A stretch of 64,000 bases of DNA from an uncultured Actinomycetota bacterium (GCA_963788445.1 CAWBGN010000007.1:35550-99549), one strand, 5' to 3'; positions 28,670 through 40,699 are shown, counted from the stretch's first letter. Program-made: numbers and translations. The notes: generated by a model not told the origin, from the sequence alone.

Positions 28670-30044
28670 ATGACCAGAGTACGCCGAGGAGCTCGACACC
28701 GCGAGTGCGGTGCTGGCTGCCGCGCGTGCGGATCGGGCGATCGCGGACGCGCGCCGAGGCCCGCCTGTTGCAGGCACGCGGTGGCGTGGGCGGCGATGCA
28801 CTCGATCGACTCGATCGACGACGCCGCGACGATCTGCGGATCGGTATGGCGACACCGGGATGCCGGTCGCGGGTGAGGGTGCGCCGTTGGTGGCGGAGTT
28901 CGCGATCACCGAGTTCGCCGCCGCGATCGGGGTCTCCACCGACGCCGGCACGCCGGTACGTCGGTCACGCCCTGGAGCTGCGCCACCGCCTCCCGCGGGT
29001 GTGGCGCCGCGTGGTCAAGGGTGACCTGCGGCCGTACCTCGCGCGTCGGGTCGCCGACCAGACCCTCTCGCTGTCACCCGAGGCAGCGTCGTTCGTGGAC
29101 CGGCACGTGGCGCCGGTGGCGCACAAGATCGGACCCGTCCAGCTCGAACGCCTCGTGGACGAGGCGATCGCCACCCACATGCCCGACCTGGCCGAGGAAC
29201 GCCGGCTGGCGAAGGCCGACGGCCGGTACTTCACCGTCGAGGCCCAGCAGGTCTCCTACGACGGCACCAGCGCGGTGCACGGGGAGCTCGACCTGGCCGA
29301 CGCCCTCGACCTCGAACACGCCATCGCCGGGCTCGCCGCCCAGCTGAAGGACCTGGGTTCGGAGGACTCCCTGGACGTCCGCCGGGCGGCCGCGGTCGGC
29401 GAGCTCGCCCGCGCGCAGCTGGCCCTCGACCTGACCGACGATACCTCGGTGGTTGAGGAGGGCGCTCCGCACCCGTCTCGAAACCACCACCACCGTCCGA
29501 AGCGACAGGTCATGCTCTACGTCCACCTCTCCAGAGCAGCCGTCGACAGGCGCCGCCGGCACCGCCCGGCTCGAGCAGGGCAACCAGCTGATCACCGCCG
29601 GCCAGGTCCGCGACTGGTGCCACACCGCCGGCAGCGTCGTCGTGAAGCCGGTGATGGACCTCGAGGCCCACGACCCCGTCGACTCACCACGTCGTCCCCG
29701 ACCGGCACGCCGAGGTCACCACGGTCCGGGACAGGACCTGCGTGTTCCCCTGGTGCACCCGGCCAGCACGCCGCTGCGACACCGACCACACCATCCCCGC
29801 ACGCCGCGGCGGACCCACCTGCCCGTGCAACCTGGCCCCGTTGTGCCGGCGACACCACCGGATCAAGACCCACGGCCACTGGACCTACACCACCCTCGAA
29901 CCCGGGGTGTATCTCTGGACCTCCAAACACGGCTACCAGTACCTCCGCGACCCCGACGGCACCCTCGACGTCCCCGCCGACCGCCGTGGTTTCGAGACAG
30001 GCGCTGCGCGCCTTCCTCAACCACCGAACCCTTCGCCGGAGTAG
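28670..30044 (+). CDS. DUF222/13E12-repeat HNH endonuclease (several frameshifts)
   Basis: AGEGAPLVAEF, ALELRHRLPRVW, RDRTCVFPWC..CDTDH..NLAPLCRRHHRIKTH. Confidence 0.85.
29446..29487 (+). repeat. 42-bp REP-like element inside the HNH gene
   Basis: TCGGTGGTTGAGGAGGGCGC...GTCTCGAAACCAC; inverted copy at 29986-30027 (37/42 identical). Confidence 0.8.
29986..30027 (-). repeat. 42-bp REP-like element at the 3' end of the HNH gene
   Basis: GTGGTTTCGAGACAGGCGCTGCGCGCCTTCCTCAACCACCGA. Confidence 0.8.
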
Positions 30045-30128
30045 CTACCGAGCCCCGGACCCCGCCGCGCGCGGGGCCATCGGCACGCCCATCCACGAGA
30101 TTCGTCTCGTGAGTGATGGAATGCCCGT

Positions 30129-31014
30129 GTGCTGACTGCTGGCGGCCTGGACGTGACCGCTGCGCTGGAGTGGGCGGCAGGGGTGATCGGACCGGTCACG
30201 GGAGTGCGAGAGCTTTCCGGAGGATGGACCTCCACCATGCTGGCGCTGACGAGTGACGGTGACGACGATGTCGTGCTCCGGTTGATGACACGTGAACCCT
30301 GGCGCACCCACGGTCCGGGCCTGACGACCCGCGAGAGCGAGATCCAGGAGCTGCTCGCGAACACGCCGGTTCCGGCGCCCCGCACGCGGGCGCTCGATGC
30401 CGACGGGCGGGACTGCGGCTTTCCAGCACACCTGATGACCTTGCTCCCGGGACATGTCGACATCGAACGCGTCGACGCGGCCTTCCTCGGCGAACTGGCC
30501 GACCTGCTCGTCACCATCCACGAAGTCACGCCGGTCGCCGAGGTGCGTGCCTACCAATCCTGGGCGTGGGAGGCCAAGTTCCAGGTGCCCCGGTGGGCGA
30601 GGGACCCAGATCTGTGGCGGGAGGCGTTCGCGCTGCTTCTCACCGCTCCTCCGGCGTTCCAGCCCTGCTTCATCCACCGCGACTTCCAGCCTCGGAACGT
30701 GCTCTGGTCCGAGGGCCACATCTCCGGGGTCGTCGACTGGGTGGAGACCTCGATCGGTCCGACCTGGCTGGACGTCGCCCACTGCTCCACCAACATCGCG
30801 ATCGTTCACGGCAGTGACGCAGCGGACCTGTTCGCCGCCGCTTACAGCGAGCGGACGGGGCGTGAGGCGGAACCCTACTTCGATGTCATGGATGTCGTCG
30901 GGTTCCTACCTCCGCCAGGCAAGGACGGGTTCTTTCCTGACGACGGGAGACGAGAACCGGAGACTCGAGGAACGGCTTCGGGCGGTCATGCAGCAAGCGC
31001 GCAGTTGGGGTTAG
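30129..31014 (+). CDS. Aminoglycoside phosphotransferase (APH)-like kinase (frameshift near 30945)
   Basis: LSGGWTS, FIHRDFQPRNVLW and VVDW motifs. Confidence 0.85.
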
Positions 31015-32312
31015 CGATCGGCACCCCGGGTCTCGACACGCGGCAGGCCCCACAGCATCTGGTAGAGCACCCGCGGCCGGCCTTCGGCGTCATGGGCGTC
31101 GAACGTGACTGTGGGGTTGTCCGGGTCTGTGGGGTCGACCAGAAAGGTCCGCTCGTCGATCGGTAGCGCCACGGTGCGACTGTCCTCGTCCGTGATGAGA
31201 AGGCTGTCATCGCCAGCCGTGACCTCCACCCGCCAGTCGGGCCATGCGTAGACGCCGCTGAAGCGCGAGAGGTCAGCGACTGCGCCGGGCGATGCGTCGA
31301 GTTTCAGGGGTGGTACCCGGATCCCGAACAACAGGTCCGCCAGATCCGTGAAGAGCGAGCGGCACATGGCGCGCCCGGTGCTGCCGTTCGTCATCAGGAC
31401 GACGGCGGCCCGATGATCCGGCAGGATCCGCAGAGATGACCGTTCCCCGCTGATGAGGCCGTCCCAGCCCCAGACCGGGCTGTTGTCCCAGTCGAATCGC
31501 GCCCAGCCGAGGCACCAGGAGTCCAGCCACCCATGGATCGAGACCTCCGAGTGGACCGTACGCAGCTCGGCCAGTGACGGGTCCACGAGGTGCCATGCGG
31601 CGAACCGGAGGAGATCCGTGACAGTGGAGACAGCATTGGCACCGGCCGGTCCGTACGCACGCGTTCGCAACGGCTCGATCGGGACCGGGCCATCAGCCGT
31701 GAGGTCGTGCCCGGCCGCTCGCCGCGGTGCGACCGCGTCGACGCCGAAGGTTGTGCCGCGCATGCCCACGCTTCCGAGGTGATGCATCATCGCGTCCTCC
31801 CAAGGGGCATTCGTCACTGTCTCGATCACGCGCCCCAACAAGCACCAACCCGCATTCGAGTACGACCAGAACGTCGCCGTCGGCCGCGAATGGGCGACAT
31901 CGGCGGCGAAGCGCGAGAGCGCACGCTTGTCGTCGCTGCCTCGACCGGCGAAGTCGAACTCCAACACCGCGCGCAGTGGAAGTCCCGAGCTGTTCGCGAG
32001 CAGGCCTCGCACGGTCGCGCGTTGCGCCCATCCGCTCCGGCGCAGCTCCCGCACATGCGCTGCCACCGGGTCGTCGAACGACAGCCGGCCTGCATCCGCC
32101 AGCCGGGCGATGACCGTCGCGACCATGGACTTGGTGAGCGATCCGACGCTGAACGCCGTCTCGGGTGTGACCGGCGCACCCGTGGCTACGTTTGCGACGC
32201 CGCAGTACGCGGTCATGGTGGCTCCGTCGCGGAGGATCCCGAGCGCCGCTCCCGGCACCGCATGCCTCGCAGCGTGCTGGGTGAGCAGAGCCGTGAGCTC
32301 CCCCTCGTCCAC
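31011..32312 (-). CDS. Serine hydrolase, beta-lactamase family
   Basis: GSLTK (SxxK) and YSN motifs. Confidence 0.85.
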   Translation of the reverse strand: MDEGELTALLTQHAARHAVPGAALGILRDGATMTAYCGVANVATGAPVTPETAFSVGSLTKSMVATVIARLADAGRLSFDDPVAAHVRELRRSGWAQRATVRGLLANSSGLPLRAVLEFDFAGRGSDDKRALSRFAADVAHSRPTATFWSYSNAGWCLLGRVIETVTNAPWEDAMMHHLGSVGMRGTTFGVDAVAPRRAAGHDLTADGPVPIEPLRTRAYGPAGANAVSTVTDLLRFAAWHLVDPSLAELRTVHSEVSIHGWLDSWCLGWARFDWDNSPVWGWDGLISGERSSLRILPDHRAAVVLMTNGSTGRAMCRSLFTDLADLLFGIRVPPLKLDASPGAVADLSRFSGVYAWPDWRVEVTAGDDSLLITDEDSRTVALPIDERTFLVDPTDPDNPTVTFDAHDAEGRPRVLYQMLWGLPRVETRGADR

Positions 32313-32435
32313 CCCACGATCCTAGGCCCGGTGCCGCCAGGGCAGGCGCGTCAAAGGCCATGGCCGCCGATGAGTTGTGGGCGGTGGGAGAGTCGAACCG
32401 AAGCAGGATTCATCCCACCATCCCTGGAGCTCACC

Positions 32436-33200
32436 ATGACCCTCACCCACTCCGCCGGCGACCCGAACTGGATCGAGCTGTTCACGACCGACACCGACAG
32501 AGCCCGCGACTTCTACGGCGACCTGTTCGGTTGGGAGGCCCGCGACAGCGGTCCGGAGTACGGCGGCTACATCATCTTCGAGCGCGACGGCGCCCCGATC
32601 GCGGGCTGCATGAAGAACGACGGCACCGCCGGCCCGAGCACGTGGACCGTCTATCTCGCCAGCGAGGACGCCGCGAAGACGGCCGAGCTCGCGAAGCAGC
32701 ACGGCGGCCAGGTCGTGTTCGACCCGATGCAGGTCGGGAACATGGGCCACATGTCGCTGGTGATCGACCCGGCGGGTGCGCCCGTCGGCATCTGGCAGCC
32801 ACTCGAGCACCAGGGCATCTCCGCCCGCGGCGAGGTCGGCGCACCGTCCTGGTTCGAGACCATCAGCAAGGACTACGACAACGCCGTGCCGTTCTATCGC
32901 GACGTCTTCGGGTGGGACCTGCACACCATGAGCGACACCCCGGAGTTCCGCTACACGACGCACGGGCGGGGTGACGACGCCAAGGCCGGGATCATGGACG
33001 GCTCCGGCTTCCTCGGCGAGCAGCCGTCGCGCTGGCAGTTCTACGTCGAGGTCGCTGACGCGGACGCCACGGTCGCCCAGGCCGAGGCGAAGGGTGCCAC
33101 CGTGGTGCAGCCGGCCGAGGACACGCCGTACGGGCGGCTCGCGTTCCTCACCGACCCGGAGGGCGTCCCGTTCGCGGTGATGTCCAACCCGGCGAGCTGA
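32436..33200 (+). CDS. VOC/glyoxalase two-domain protein
   Basis: GDPNWIEL..ARDFYGDLFGW, DPAGAPVGIWQ and DTPYGR..DPEG motifs. Confidence 0.9.
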   Translation: MTLTHSAGDPNWIELFTTDTDRARDFYGDLFGWEARDSGPEYGGYIIFERDGAPIAGCMKNDGTAGPSTWTVYLASEDAAKTAELAKQHGGQVVFDPMQVGNMGHMSLVIDPAGAPVGIWQPLEHQGISARGEVGAPSWFETISKDYDNAVPFYRDVFGWDLHTMSDTPEFRYTTHGRGDDAKAGIMDGSGFLGEQPSRWQFYVEVADADATVAQAEAKGATVVQPAEDTPYGRLAFLTDPEGVPFAVMSNPAS

Positions 33201-33201
33201 C

Positions 33202-34383
33202 TCAGGAGTCGCCGTCCAGCCAGGCCCGGATCGCGGCCTGGTGCTGGTCGAGCGTCGGCGGGGCGGCATGGTCCGAGCGCGTGACCTCCGCCCCGTCGGC
33301 CGCGAAGAACCGCAGCGGCGGCCCGGGCAGCGTCACCTGCCCCAGCGACGGATGCTCGACGTCGACGAGGAGTCCCTGGCTGGCGGTCTGGTCCCACTCG
33401 TAGACCTCGTCGAGGGTCCGCACCTTGCCGGCAGGTACGCCGACCTCGGCCAGGCGGGCGAGCAGCGGCTCGGCGTCCCAGTCGGCGAAAGCCTCCTCGA
33501 CGACCTCGATCACGCGGGGTCGGTTGGCGACCCGCTCGGGGTTGGTGGCCAGCCCTTCGACGGTCGGGTCCAGGCCGAACCCCTCGCAGAACCGGCGCCA
33601 CAGACCCTCGCTGCCGAGGGCGATCTGCACGGCGCCGTCCTTGCAGTGGAACAGGCCGTACGGCGCGATCGACGGGTGGTGGTTGCCCTGCGCGCGACCG
33701 ACCTCGCCGGCGACCGTCCACCGCGTGCCCTGGAACGCGTGCACCCCGACCACGGCGGCCAGCAGTGACGTACGCACGACGGTGCCGACGCCGGTGCGAT
33801 GCCGCTCGTTGAGCGCGGCGAGTACGCCGTACGCGCCGTACATCCCGGAGAGCAGGTCGGCGATGGGTACGCCGACGCGTTGCGGGTCCTCCGGCCCGGA
33901 GCCGGTGAGCGACATCAGTCCGGCCTCGCCCTGGGCGATCTGGTCGTAGCCGGCGCGGCCGCCCTCGGGGCCGTCGTGGCCGAAGCCGGTGATCGACAGC
34001 ACGACCAGCCGCGGGTTGCGCTCCTGCAGCGACTCGATGCCGAGGCCGAGGCGCTCGAGGACGCCGGTCCGGAAGTTCTCGACCAGCACGTCGGCCCGGT
34101 CGACCAGCCGCAGCAGGAGGTCGCGGTCGGCCTCGTCCTTGAGGTCGAGGGCGATCGACTCCTTGTTCCGGTTCGCCGACAGGAAGTACGTCGACTCGCG
34201 CGCCTCGGGGTCGCCGACGAACGGCGGGCCCCAGCCGCGGGTGTCGTCACCGTGCCCGGGCGCCTCGACCTTGATCACGCGGGCGCCGAGGTCGCCGAGC
34301 ATCATCGTGGCGTGCGGACCGGCCAGGGCGCGGGAGAGGTCGACGACGAGGACGTCGTCCAGTGGCCCCACCCGGGTCACCAC
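33202..34383 (-). CDS. Family III CoA transferase (CaiB/BaiF)
   Basis: DLSRALAGP, LGARVIKVE, NRNKESI, VENFR and GYDQIAQ motifs. Confidence 0.93.
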   Translation of the reverse strand: MVTRVGPLDDVLVVDLSRALAGPHATMMLGDLGARVIKVEAPGHGDDTRGWGPPFVGDPEARESTYFLSANRNKESIALDLKDEADRDLLLRLVDRADVLVENFRTGVLERLGLGIESLQERNPRLVVLSITGFGHDGPEGGRAGYDQIAQGEAGLMSLTGSGPEDPQRVGVPIADLLSGMYGAYGVLAALNERHRTGVGTVVRTSLLAAVVGVHAFQGTRWTVAGEVGRAQGNHHPSIAPYGLFHCKDGAVQIALGSEGLWRRFCEGFGLDPTVEGLATNPERVANRPRVIEVVEEAFADWDAEPLLARLAEVGVPAGKVRTLDEVYEWDQTASQGLLVDVEHPSLGQVTLPGPPLRFFAADGAEVTRSDHAAPPTLDQHQAAIRAWLDGDS

Positions 34384-35697
34384 CCGGGCAGCACGAGGGC
34401 TGCCCAGACGAGGAGCGGACCGACCAGCACGACGATGACGCTATAGGTCAGGATCTGCTTGTAGTAGACCGGCTCCTCGATCGTGTCGGGCCTGTTGGCC
34501 AGCATCAGCGCACCGTTCGTCGAGAACGGGCTGACGTCCACGATCGTCGACGACACCACGAGCGCGGCCACGAACAGACCGGCGTTGATCCCGCCGTCCG
34601 CGATCAGCGGCAGGCCGATCGGGATGATCACCGGGAGCAGCGCGGTCGACGAGGCGAACGCCGAGACGACGCCACCGACGTAGCAGAGCACCAGCGCACC
34701 CAAGGCGGCCACGCCGAGTCCGGCCGCCCAGTTGCCGACGAACTCGGGCGAGCCCGCCAGCTCCAGGATCGTGGCGTAGGTGCTGATCCCGGCCAGCAGC
34801 AGCACGGTCGGCCACGCGATCTGCTTGACGGCGTCCCGGTGCTCGTTCGGGCGACAGCATGGCCAGCAGGACCGCGGCGGTGATCGCGACGAAGCCGATG
34901 TTCTTCTCGAAGTACAGCGCGACCACGGCGACGCCGACGAACGCGACCAGGGTCAGGATCTGGTCACGGCGTACGCCGAGCGCCTGGGTGGTCGTCTCCG
35001 TCGAGGTGCCGGTGCCTCGGGCCGAGATGGAGGCACCGCCGCGGTGGAGGTCCTCCGAGACCGTGTCCGGCTCGTCCGGGTCGACCGTCTGGCCCATCAG
35101 CTTGCGGCCGCCGAGGACCACGAACAGGATCGCGGCCAGGATCAGGTTGATGAACAGGCTGGACAGGAAGATCACGATCTCGCTGTTGGGCAGCCCGGCA
35201 GTCTTCATCGCCGAGTTGGTGATCGCGCCGTAGATGCTGATCGGCGAGAAGCCGCCCGCCTGGGCACCGTGCACGACGAACATGCCCATCATCAGCGGGC
35301 TGATGCCGTAGCGGCCGGCGAAGCCGAGCGCGATCGGGCCGATGATCGCGCAGGCGGCCGGGCTGACCGCGCCCACGCCGGTGAGCACCGCGGTCACGGC
35401 GAACATCACCCACGGGATCAGCGCCACCCGTCCACCGACCGCCTTCACGGCGGTCGCGACTATCAGGTCGACCGTGCCGTTGTTGCGGGCGATGGCGAAC
35501 AGATAGGTGACCCCGATGATCGTGAGGAGGAGGTCACCACTGACGCCGGCCAGGATCTCCTTCTCGTCGAGGTTGAGGGAGTACATCCCGACCAGCCACG
35601 CGGCGACGTAGGCCAGCGCACCCATGTTGATCGGCAACACCGTGCCGACGACGAACAGCGCGATGAGCGCGATGATTGCGACCCATTCCGGTCCCAT
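34377..35697 (-). CDS. SLC13/dicarboxylate-type permease (frameshift near 34850)
   Basis: PINMG, ARNNGT, GGFSPISIYG and VDVSPFSTNGA motifs; many TM helices. Confidence 0.85.
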
Positions 35698-35763
35698 GAC
35701 AGCTCCTCCTGTGCCGCCGCGCCCGGGGGCTTCCGAGTAACCCGGATCACACGTTTGGCCCAG

Positions 35764-35782
35764 TGGCCTAGCCTCTAGGCCA
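35764..35782. promoter_or_regulatory. Probable FadR/GntR operator TGGCCTAG-N3-CTAGGCCA
   Basis: Perfect 8-bp inverted repeat between the divergent permease and GntR genes. Confidence 0.7.
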
Positions 35783-35811
35783 ATCTGCTCCAAGTCAATA
35801 GGGTGGTGTCC

Positions 35812-36529
35812 ATGTCCGACACCCCGCCCGTCTCGCCGGTGTTCCCGCAGCGGCTGATGCGCACCCGGCTCTACGAGCAGGTGGCGGAGCAGATCACGGC
35901 CTGGATCTCGGCCAACGGGCTGAAGGCCGGGGACCGGCTCCCGCCCGAGCGCGAGCTCGCGACCCGGCTCGGCGTCAGCCGCGCCACGCTGAGCCAGGCA
36001 CTGGTCGCGCTGGAGGTGATCGGCGTGGTCGCGGTCCGGCACGGCGACGGCACCGTGCTGACCGCCAAGCCCGCCGTCCACCCGGATCGTCGACTCGATC
36101 CGGGCGCACGCCGACCGACTTCCCGAGGTGATCGAGACCCGGGACGCCCTGGAGACCAAGATCGCGGCGCTCGCGGCCGCGCGGCGTACGGACGATGACC
36201 TGGCCCGGATCGACGACGCGCTCCTCGCCATGGAGCGGGACATCGACGCCGGCGGCCGTGGGGTCGAGGGAGACGAGCGGTTCCACGGTGCGGTGACCGC
36301 CGCGGCCCACTCCCTGCTGCTGGCGCGGCTGATGGACGAGATCGGCGACCTGATCAAGGAGTCGCGGATCGAGTCGCTCTCCCAGCCGGGACGACCGCTG
36401 GACTCGCTGGCCGCGCACCGGGCGATCGCCGACGCGATCCGCGCCGGCGACTCCGACGGCGCCGCCACCGCGATGCACTCCCACGTCGAGATGGTCAGCG
36501 ACGTCGCCCTCCTTCGCGAGACCGAATGA
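35812..36529 (+). CDS. FadR/GntR transcriptional regulator (frameshift near 36075)
   Basis: GDRLPPERELATRLGVSR HTH; FCD domain DERFH..H..I..AI..H. Confidence 0.9.
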
Positions 36530-37288
36530 CGGGACTCGAACAGCTGGCCGTCCTCGCGGCCGGGTTCGGCGCGGGGATCATGACCTCGACCGTGGGCGTC
36601 GCGTCCCTGCTGAGCTTCCCGGTGCTGGTCGCGGTCGGGCTGCCGCCGGTCGTCGCGAACGCGTCCAACACGGTCGGCCTGACCCCCGGCGGGCTGAGCG
36701 GGGCGTTCGGCTACCGGCGTGAGCTGCGCGAGCACCCGGTCGTGACCGCGGTGGTGATCCTCACCTGCGCGATCGGGGCGATCGCCGGCGCCGTCCTCCT
36801 GCTCGCCCTGCCGGCCGAGGTGTTCGAGACGATCGTGCCCTGGCTGATCCTGTTCACCTGCCTGCTGGTCGGCGCCCAGCCGACGATCAGGAAGTGGGTA
36901 CGCCGGCGGCACGGCGACACCCCGCCCGCGCCGCGGACCCACATGTCGCCGGTGACCACCGGCTTCGCCGCGCTGACCGGCGTGTACGGCGGCTACTTCG
37001 GCGCCGGCTCGGGCGTGATGATGATGGCGGTGCTCGGCTTCGGCACGGATCTCGAGTTCCGGATCGTGAACGCGCTCAAGACCCTGGCCGTGGTCGCCGC
37101 CAACGTCGTCGCGAGCGTGATCTTCCTGTTCGTCGCCGAGCTCGACTGGACGGCCGATGCTGCTGCTGGCAGCCGGCTCGGTGGTCGGCGGGTACGTCGG
37201 CGCCCGGATCGGGAACTACCTACCGCCGACCCTGCTCCGCGTCCTGATCGTGCTGACCGGGATCGTGGCCGCGATCTACCTGTCCTGA
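36526..37288 (+). CDS. TauE/SafE (TSUP) family exporter (frameshift near 37155)
   Basis: GLPPVVANASN, YGGYFGAGSG and NALK motifs. Confidence 0.85.
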
Positions 37289-37295
37289 CGACGGA

Positions 37296-38377
37296 TCAGG
37301 TCGTCTCCCACCGGAACAGCCGCGCCGAGACCAGCGTCAGCACGGTGGCGAACGTGGCCAGGATCAGCATCGGCAGGAGCGCGGCCGAAGCGGGTTCACC
37401 GCGCACCATCACGTCCAGCATCCCCTCGTTGAGCCAGAACAGCGGCAGCACGTGCGAGAGCCCCTGCAGCCACGCGGGCGCGGCGTCGAGCGGGAAGAAC
37501 GACCCGCTCAGGAACGCCATCGGCAGCACCAGGAAGTTGGCCATGTTGACCGCGCCCTCGGTGGTCTTGGTGACCGCACCGGCGAGCAGGCCGACCGACA
37601 TGAAGCAGAGCGTGCCGACGACGAGCAACGGGATCGACGCCCACCAGGCACCCGGACAGCCGCAGGCCGAACGCGGCGGCGCCGAGGCCGAGGAAGATCG
37701 CCATCTGGGTCAGCGCGATCGCCACCGTGACCGTGACCCGGGCACCGACCACCGTGCGGGTCGAGACCGGCGCGAGCTGGAGTCGGCGGAGCAGCTTGCT
37801 CTGCCGCCAGCCCTGCAGGGTCGCAGCCGCACCGAAGCTGGCGCTCATCGCGATCGCCCAGCCGAGGAGGCCGGGGGTGACGTACTGGATGGTGTCCAGC
37901 GAGTCGTCCTCGACGCTGCTCGACCTCCAGCGAGTACGTCGGCGGCTGGCCGCTCGCCGCCACGTTGGCGCCGTCGACGAAGGCGCGCAGCGCGCCCTGG
38001 GTCACGGCCGCCTTCACCTGGTCGGTCTGGGTGTAGTGCGCGACGAGGGTGCCGCCCTGCTCCTCGATGGCGACGTCGGCGTCGCCCTTGCGCACCTCGG
38101 AGAGCGCCTGCGTCGAGGTCGTCGGTGTGGGTGACCTCGAAGGTGTCCGCGAACGCCTCCTTCGCACCCGGCGGCAGGTCGTCGACGAGAGCGACGTCGC
38201 CCGACCTGGATCATGTCGACCTTCGACTGGCGTCTGGTCGGCGAAGATGCCGCCGAAGAGGACCAGGAACATCAGCGGGAAGATGATCGCGAAGAACACC
38301 GACGACTTGTCGCGGAGGAAGCCGCGCAGGATCGCCAGCGACAGCGCGATGAACGGCTTCGCCGTACCGGTGTTCAT
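37296..38377 (-). CDS. ABC-2 type exporter permease (several frameshifts)
   Basis: RDKSSVFFAIIFPLMFLVLFG, YVTPGLLG and PMAFLSGSFFP motifs. Confidence 0.85.
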
Positions 38378-39274
38378 GCGCGGTACTCGCGTCCGGTGAG
38401 GTCGAGGAAGACGTCCTCGAGCGTCCCGGTGTGGACGCGGACGCCGTCCAGCTGCTCGAGCTCGGCCAGCCGGGCGACGACGGTGGCCGGCGAGCGGGTC
38501 GTCAGCACCAGCCCGTCCGCGCGGCTCTCCGCATCGTCCACGCCGGCCAGGGCACGGGCGTCCTCGACGGTCAGCTGCCCGGGGTTGACGGTGATCCGGG
38601 TCGGCGCGTCCAGGCCGCGGACCAGCGCGGCCGGGGTGTCCAGCCGGAGGATCCGGCCGTGGTCCATGATCGCGACCCGGTCGCACAGGATCTCGGCTTC
38701 GTCCATGTAGTGCGTGGTCAGCACGACCGTGCGCCCGGAGTCGTTGAGCCCGGACAGCAGGTCCCACAGGTTGCGACGGGCCTGCGGGTCGAGCGAGGCG
38801 GTCGGCTCGTCGAGGAACACCACCTCGGGGTCGTGCACCAGCGCGCACGCGATCGAGAGCCGCTGGGCCTGGCCGCCCGACAGGTCCTCGACCCGGGTGC
38901 CGGCCTTGTCGACCAGGCCGACCCGCTCGAGCCACTCGTCCCCGCGGGACGCGGGCAGCGCCGTAGAGCGCGGCGAACGTGTGGATCTGCTCGCGCGTGG
39001 TCAGCCGCTCGAAGAACGACGAGGCCTGCAGCTGTACGCCGATCCGCGGCAGCAGGCCGGCGTTCCGCGGCCACGGCGACTCACCCAGCACCGTGATGGA
39101 ACCCGCATCCGGCTTCCGGAGTCCCTCGATCATCTCCAGGGTGGTGGTCTTGCCCGCACCGTTCGGCCCGAGGATCCCGAAGAACTGTCCTTCGGCGACC
39201 TCGAAGCTCACCCCGTCGACTGCTCTGAGCTCCCCGTAGGCCATCGCGAGGTCCTGGACCTCGATAGCACTCAC
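38374..39274 (-). CDS. ABC exporter ATP-binding protein (frameshift near 38950)
   Basis: GPNGAGKTT, LSGGQ, FLDEPT and TTHYMDEA motifs. Confidence 0.92.
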
Positions 39275-39286
39275 GATGGATGGACC

Positions 39287-40682
39287 CTAGCGACCGACCT
39301 GCAACGGCCAGGGGCGGGCCCGCTCGATCTGCGCGGACAGGCTCAGGAGGGTGGTCTCGTCGTCGGTGCGTCCGACCAGCTGCACCGCCGTGGGCAGCCC
39401 GTCGGGGCCGGTCCCGCACGGCACCGACGCCGCCGGGTTGCCGGCGACGTTCCAGAGGGCGACGTACGCGATGGCGGGCAGCGCGGCCAGCGCCGACCCG
39501 ATCGGCGCCCTTGCCGCCGAGGATCCCGACGGGCGGCGGGCGGTGCGCGATGGTCGGGGTGAGCAGCACGTCGCACGAGTCGAAGACCCGGTTGGCCTTC
39601 GCCGACACCTTCTCGGTCTGCGCGAGCGCCCAGTCGATGACCCGCGGCGTGACCCAGGTGCCCATCCGGTAGGTCTGGCGGGTCCGTCGCTCGAGGCGGT
39701 CGTAGTGCTCGACCGCGTCGGACTCGGTGCGGATGCCGGCGAAGAACTGCGGCACGAACGCGAGCGTCGGGTCGGGGTAGTGGGGGTCGACCTCGAACAC
39801 GTCGTGGCCGAGGTCGGCCAGGAGTCGGGCGGTGTCCTCGACCGCGCGGACGTGAATCGGGTCCGGCCGCACGCCCAGCGACACCGGCTTGGTGGACCAG
39901 CCGATCCGGAGCCGCTCCGGCTCGCGGCCGGCGGCCTCGACGAACGACCCCGACTCACCCGCGCGGTACAGGTCGCCGTCGACGTTGCCGCGGATCACGT
40001 CGTAGACGAGGGCGCTGTCCAGCACGCTGCGCGTGAGCGGCCCGGCCGTGCCGAGCGCCCACCACAGGTGTGGCTGCGGGGAGGTGCTGACCCGGCCACG
40101 CTGAGGCTTGAGCCCGAACAACCCGCAGCAGGCGCTGGGGATCCGGATCGAGCCGCCGCCGTCGCCACCCAGGCCGGCCGGAACCATGCCTGCCGCCACG
40201 GCGACCGCCGTACCGCCGCTGGATCCGCCCGGGGTCCGGCTCGGGTCCCAGGGGTTGCGGGTGATGCCGCGCGAGACCGACTCGGTGTACGGCCAGGCGC
40301 CGAACTCCGGCATCGTCGTCTTGCCGATCACCACGGCACCCGCGTCGCGCAGCCGGCGGACCACCTCGGCGTCGGCGGCCACCGGGGTGCTGTTCGCCTC
40401 GCCACCGAAGGTCGTCACCGTGCCGGCGACGTCGATCTCCTCCTTGATCGCCACCGGGACGCCGTGCAGCGGCCCCGGAGTGCCGCCCGAGGCCAGCAGG
40501 TCGTCGCGGGCCGCCGCCTCCTGCCGCGCCCGGTCGGCCAGCACGACGGAGAACGCGTTCAGGTCGGGGTCGGCGTCGGCGATCCGGTCCAGAGCCGCGT
40601 CCACGACGGCGCGGGCCGTGACCTCGCCTCCGGTCGTGAGTCGGGCGGTCTCGGCCACGCCGGCATGGTTCAGGTCGATCAC
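39287..40682 (-). CDS. Amidase signature family protein (frameshift near 39510)
   Basis: PLHGVPVAIKE, TPGGSSGG and DGGGSIRIP motifs. Confidence 0.92.
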
Positions 40683-40699
40683 CCGCGCGAGCGTAGCCG

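Noticed and set aside
28299-30027. Palindromic repeats as a CRISPR array
   Set aside because: Few copies, irregular spacing, inverted orientation and no cas genes.
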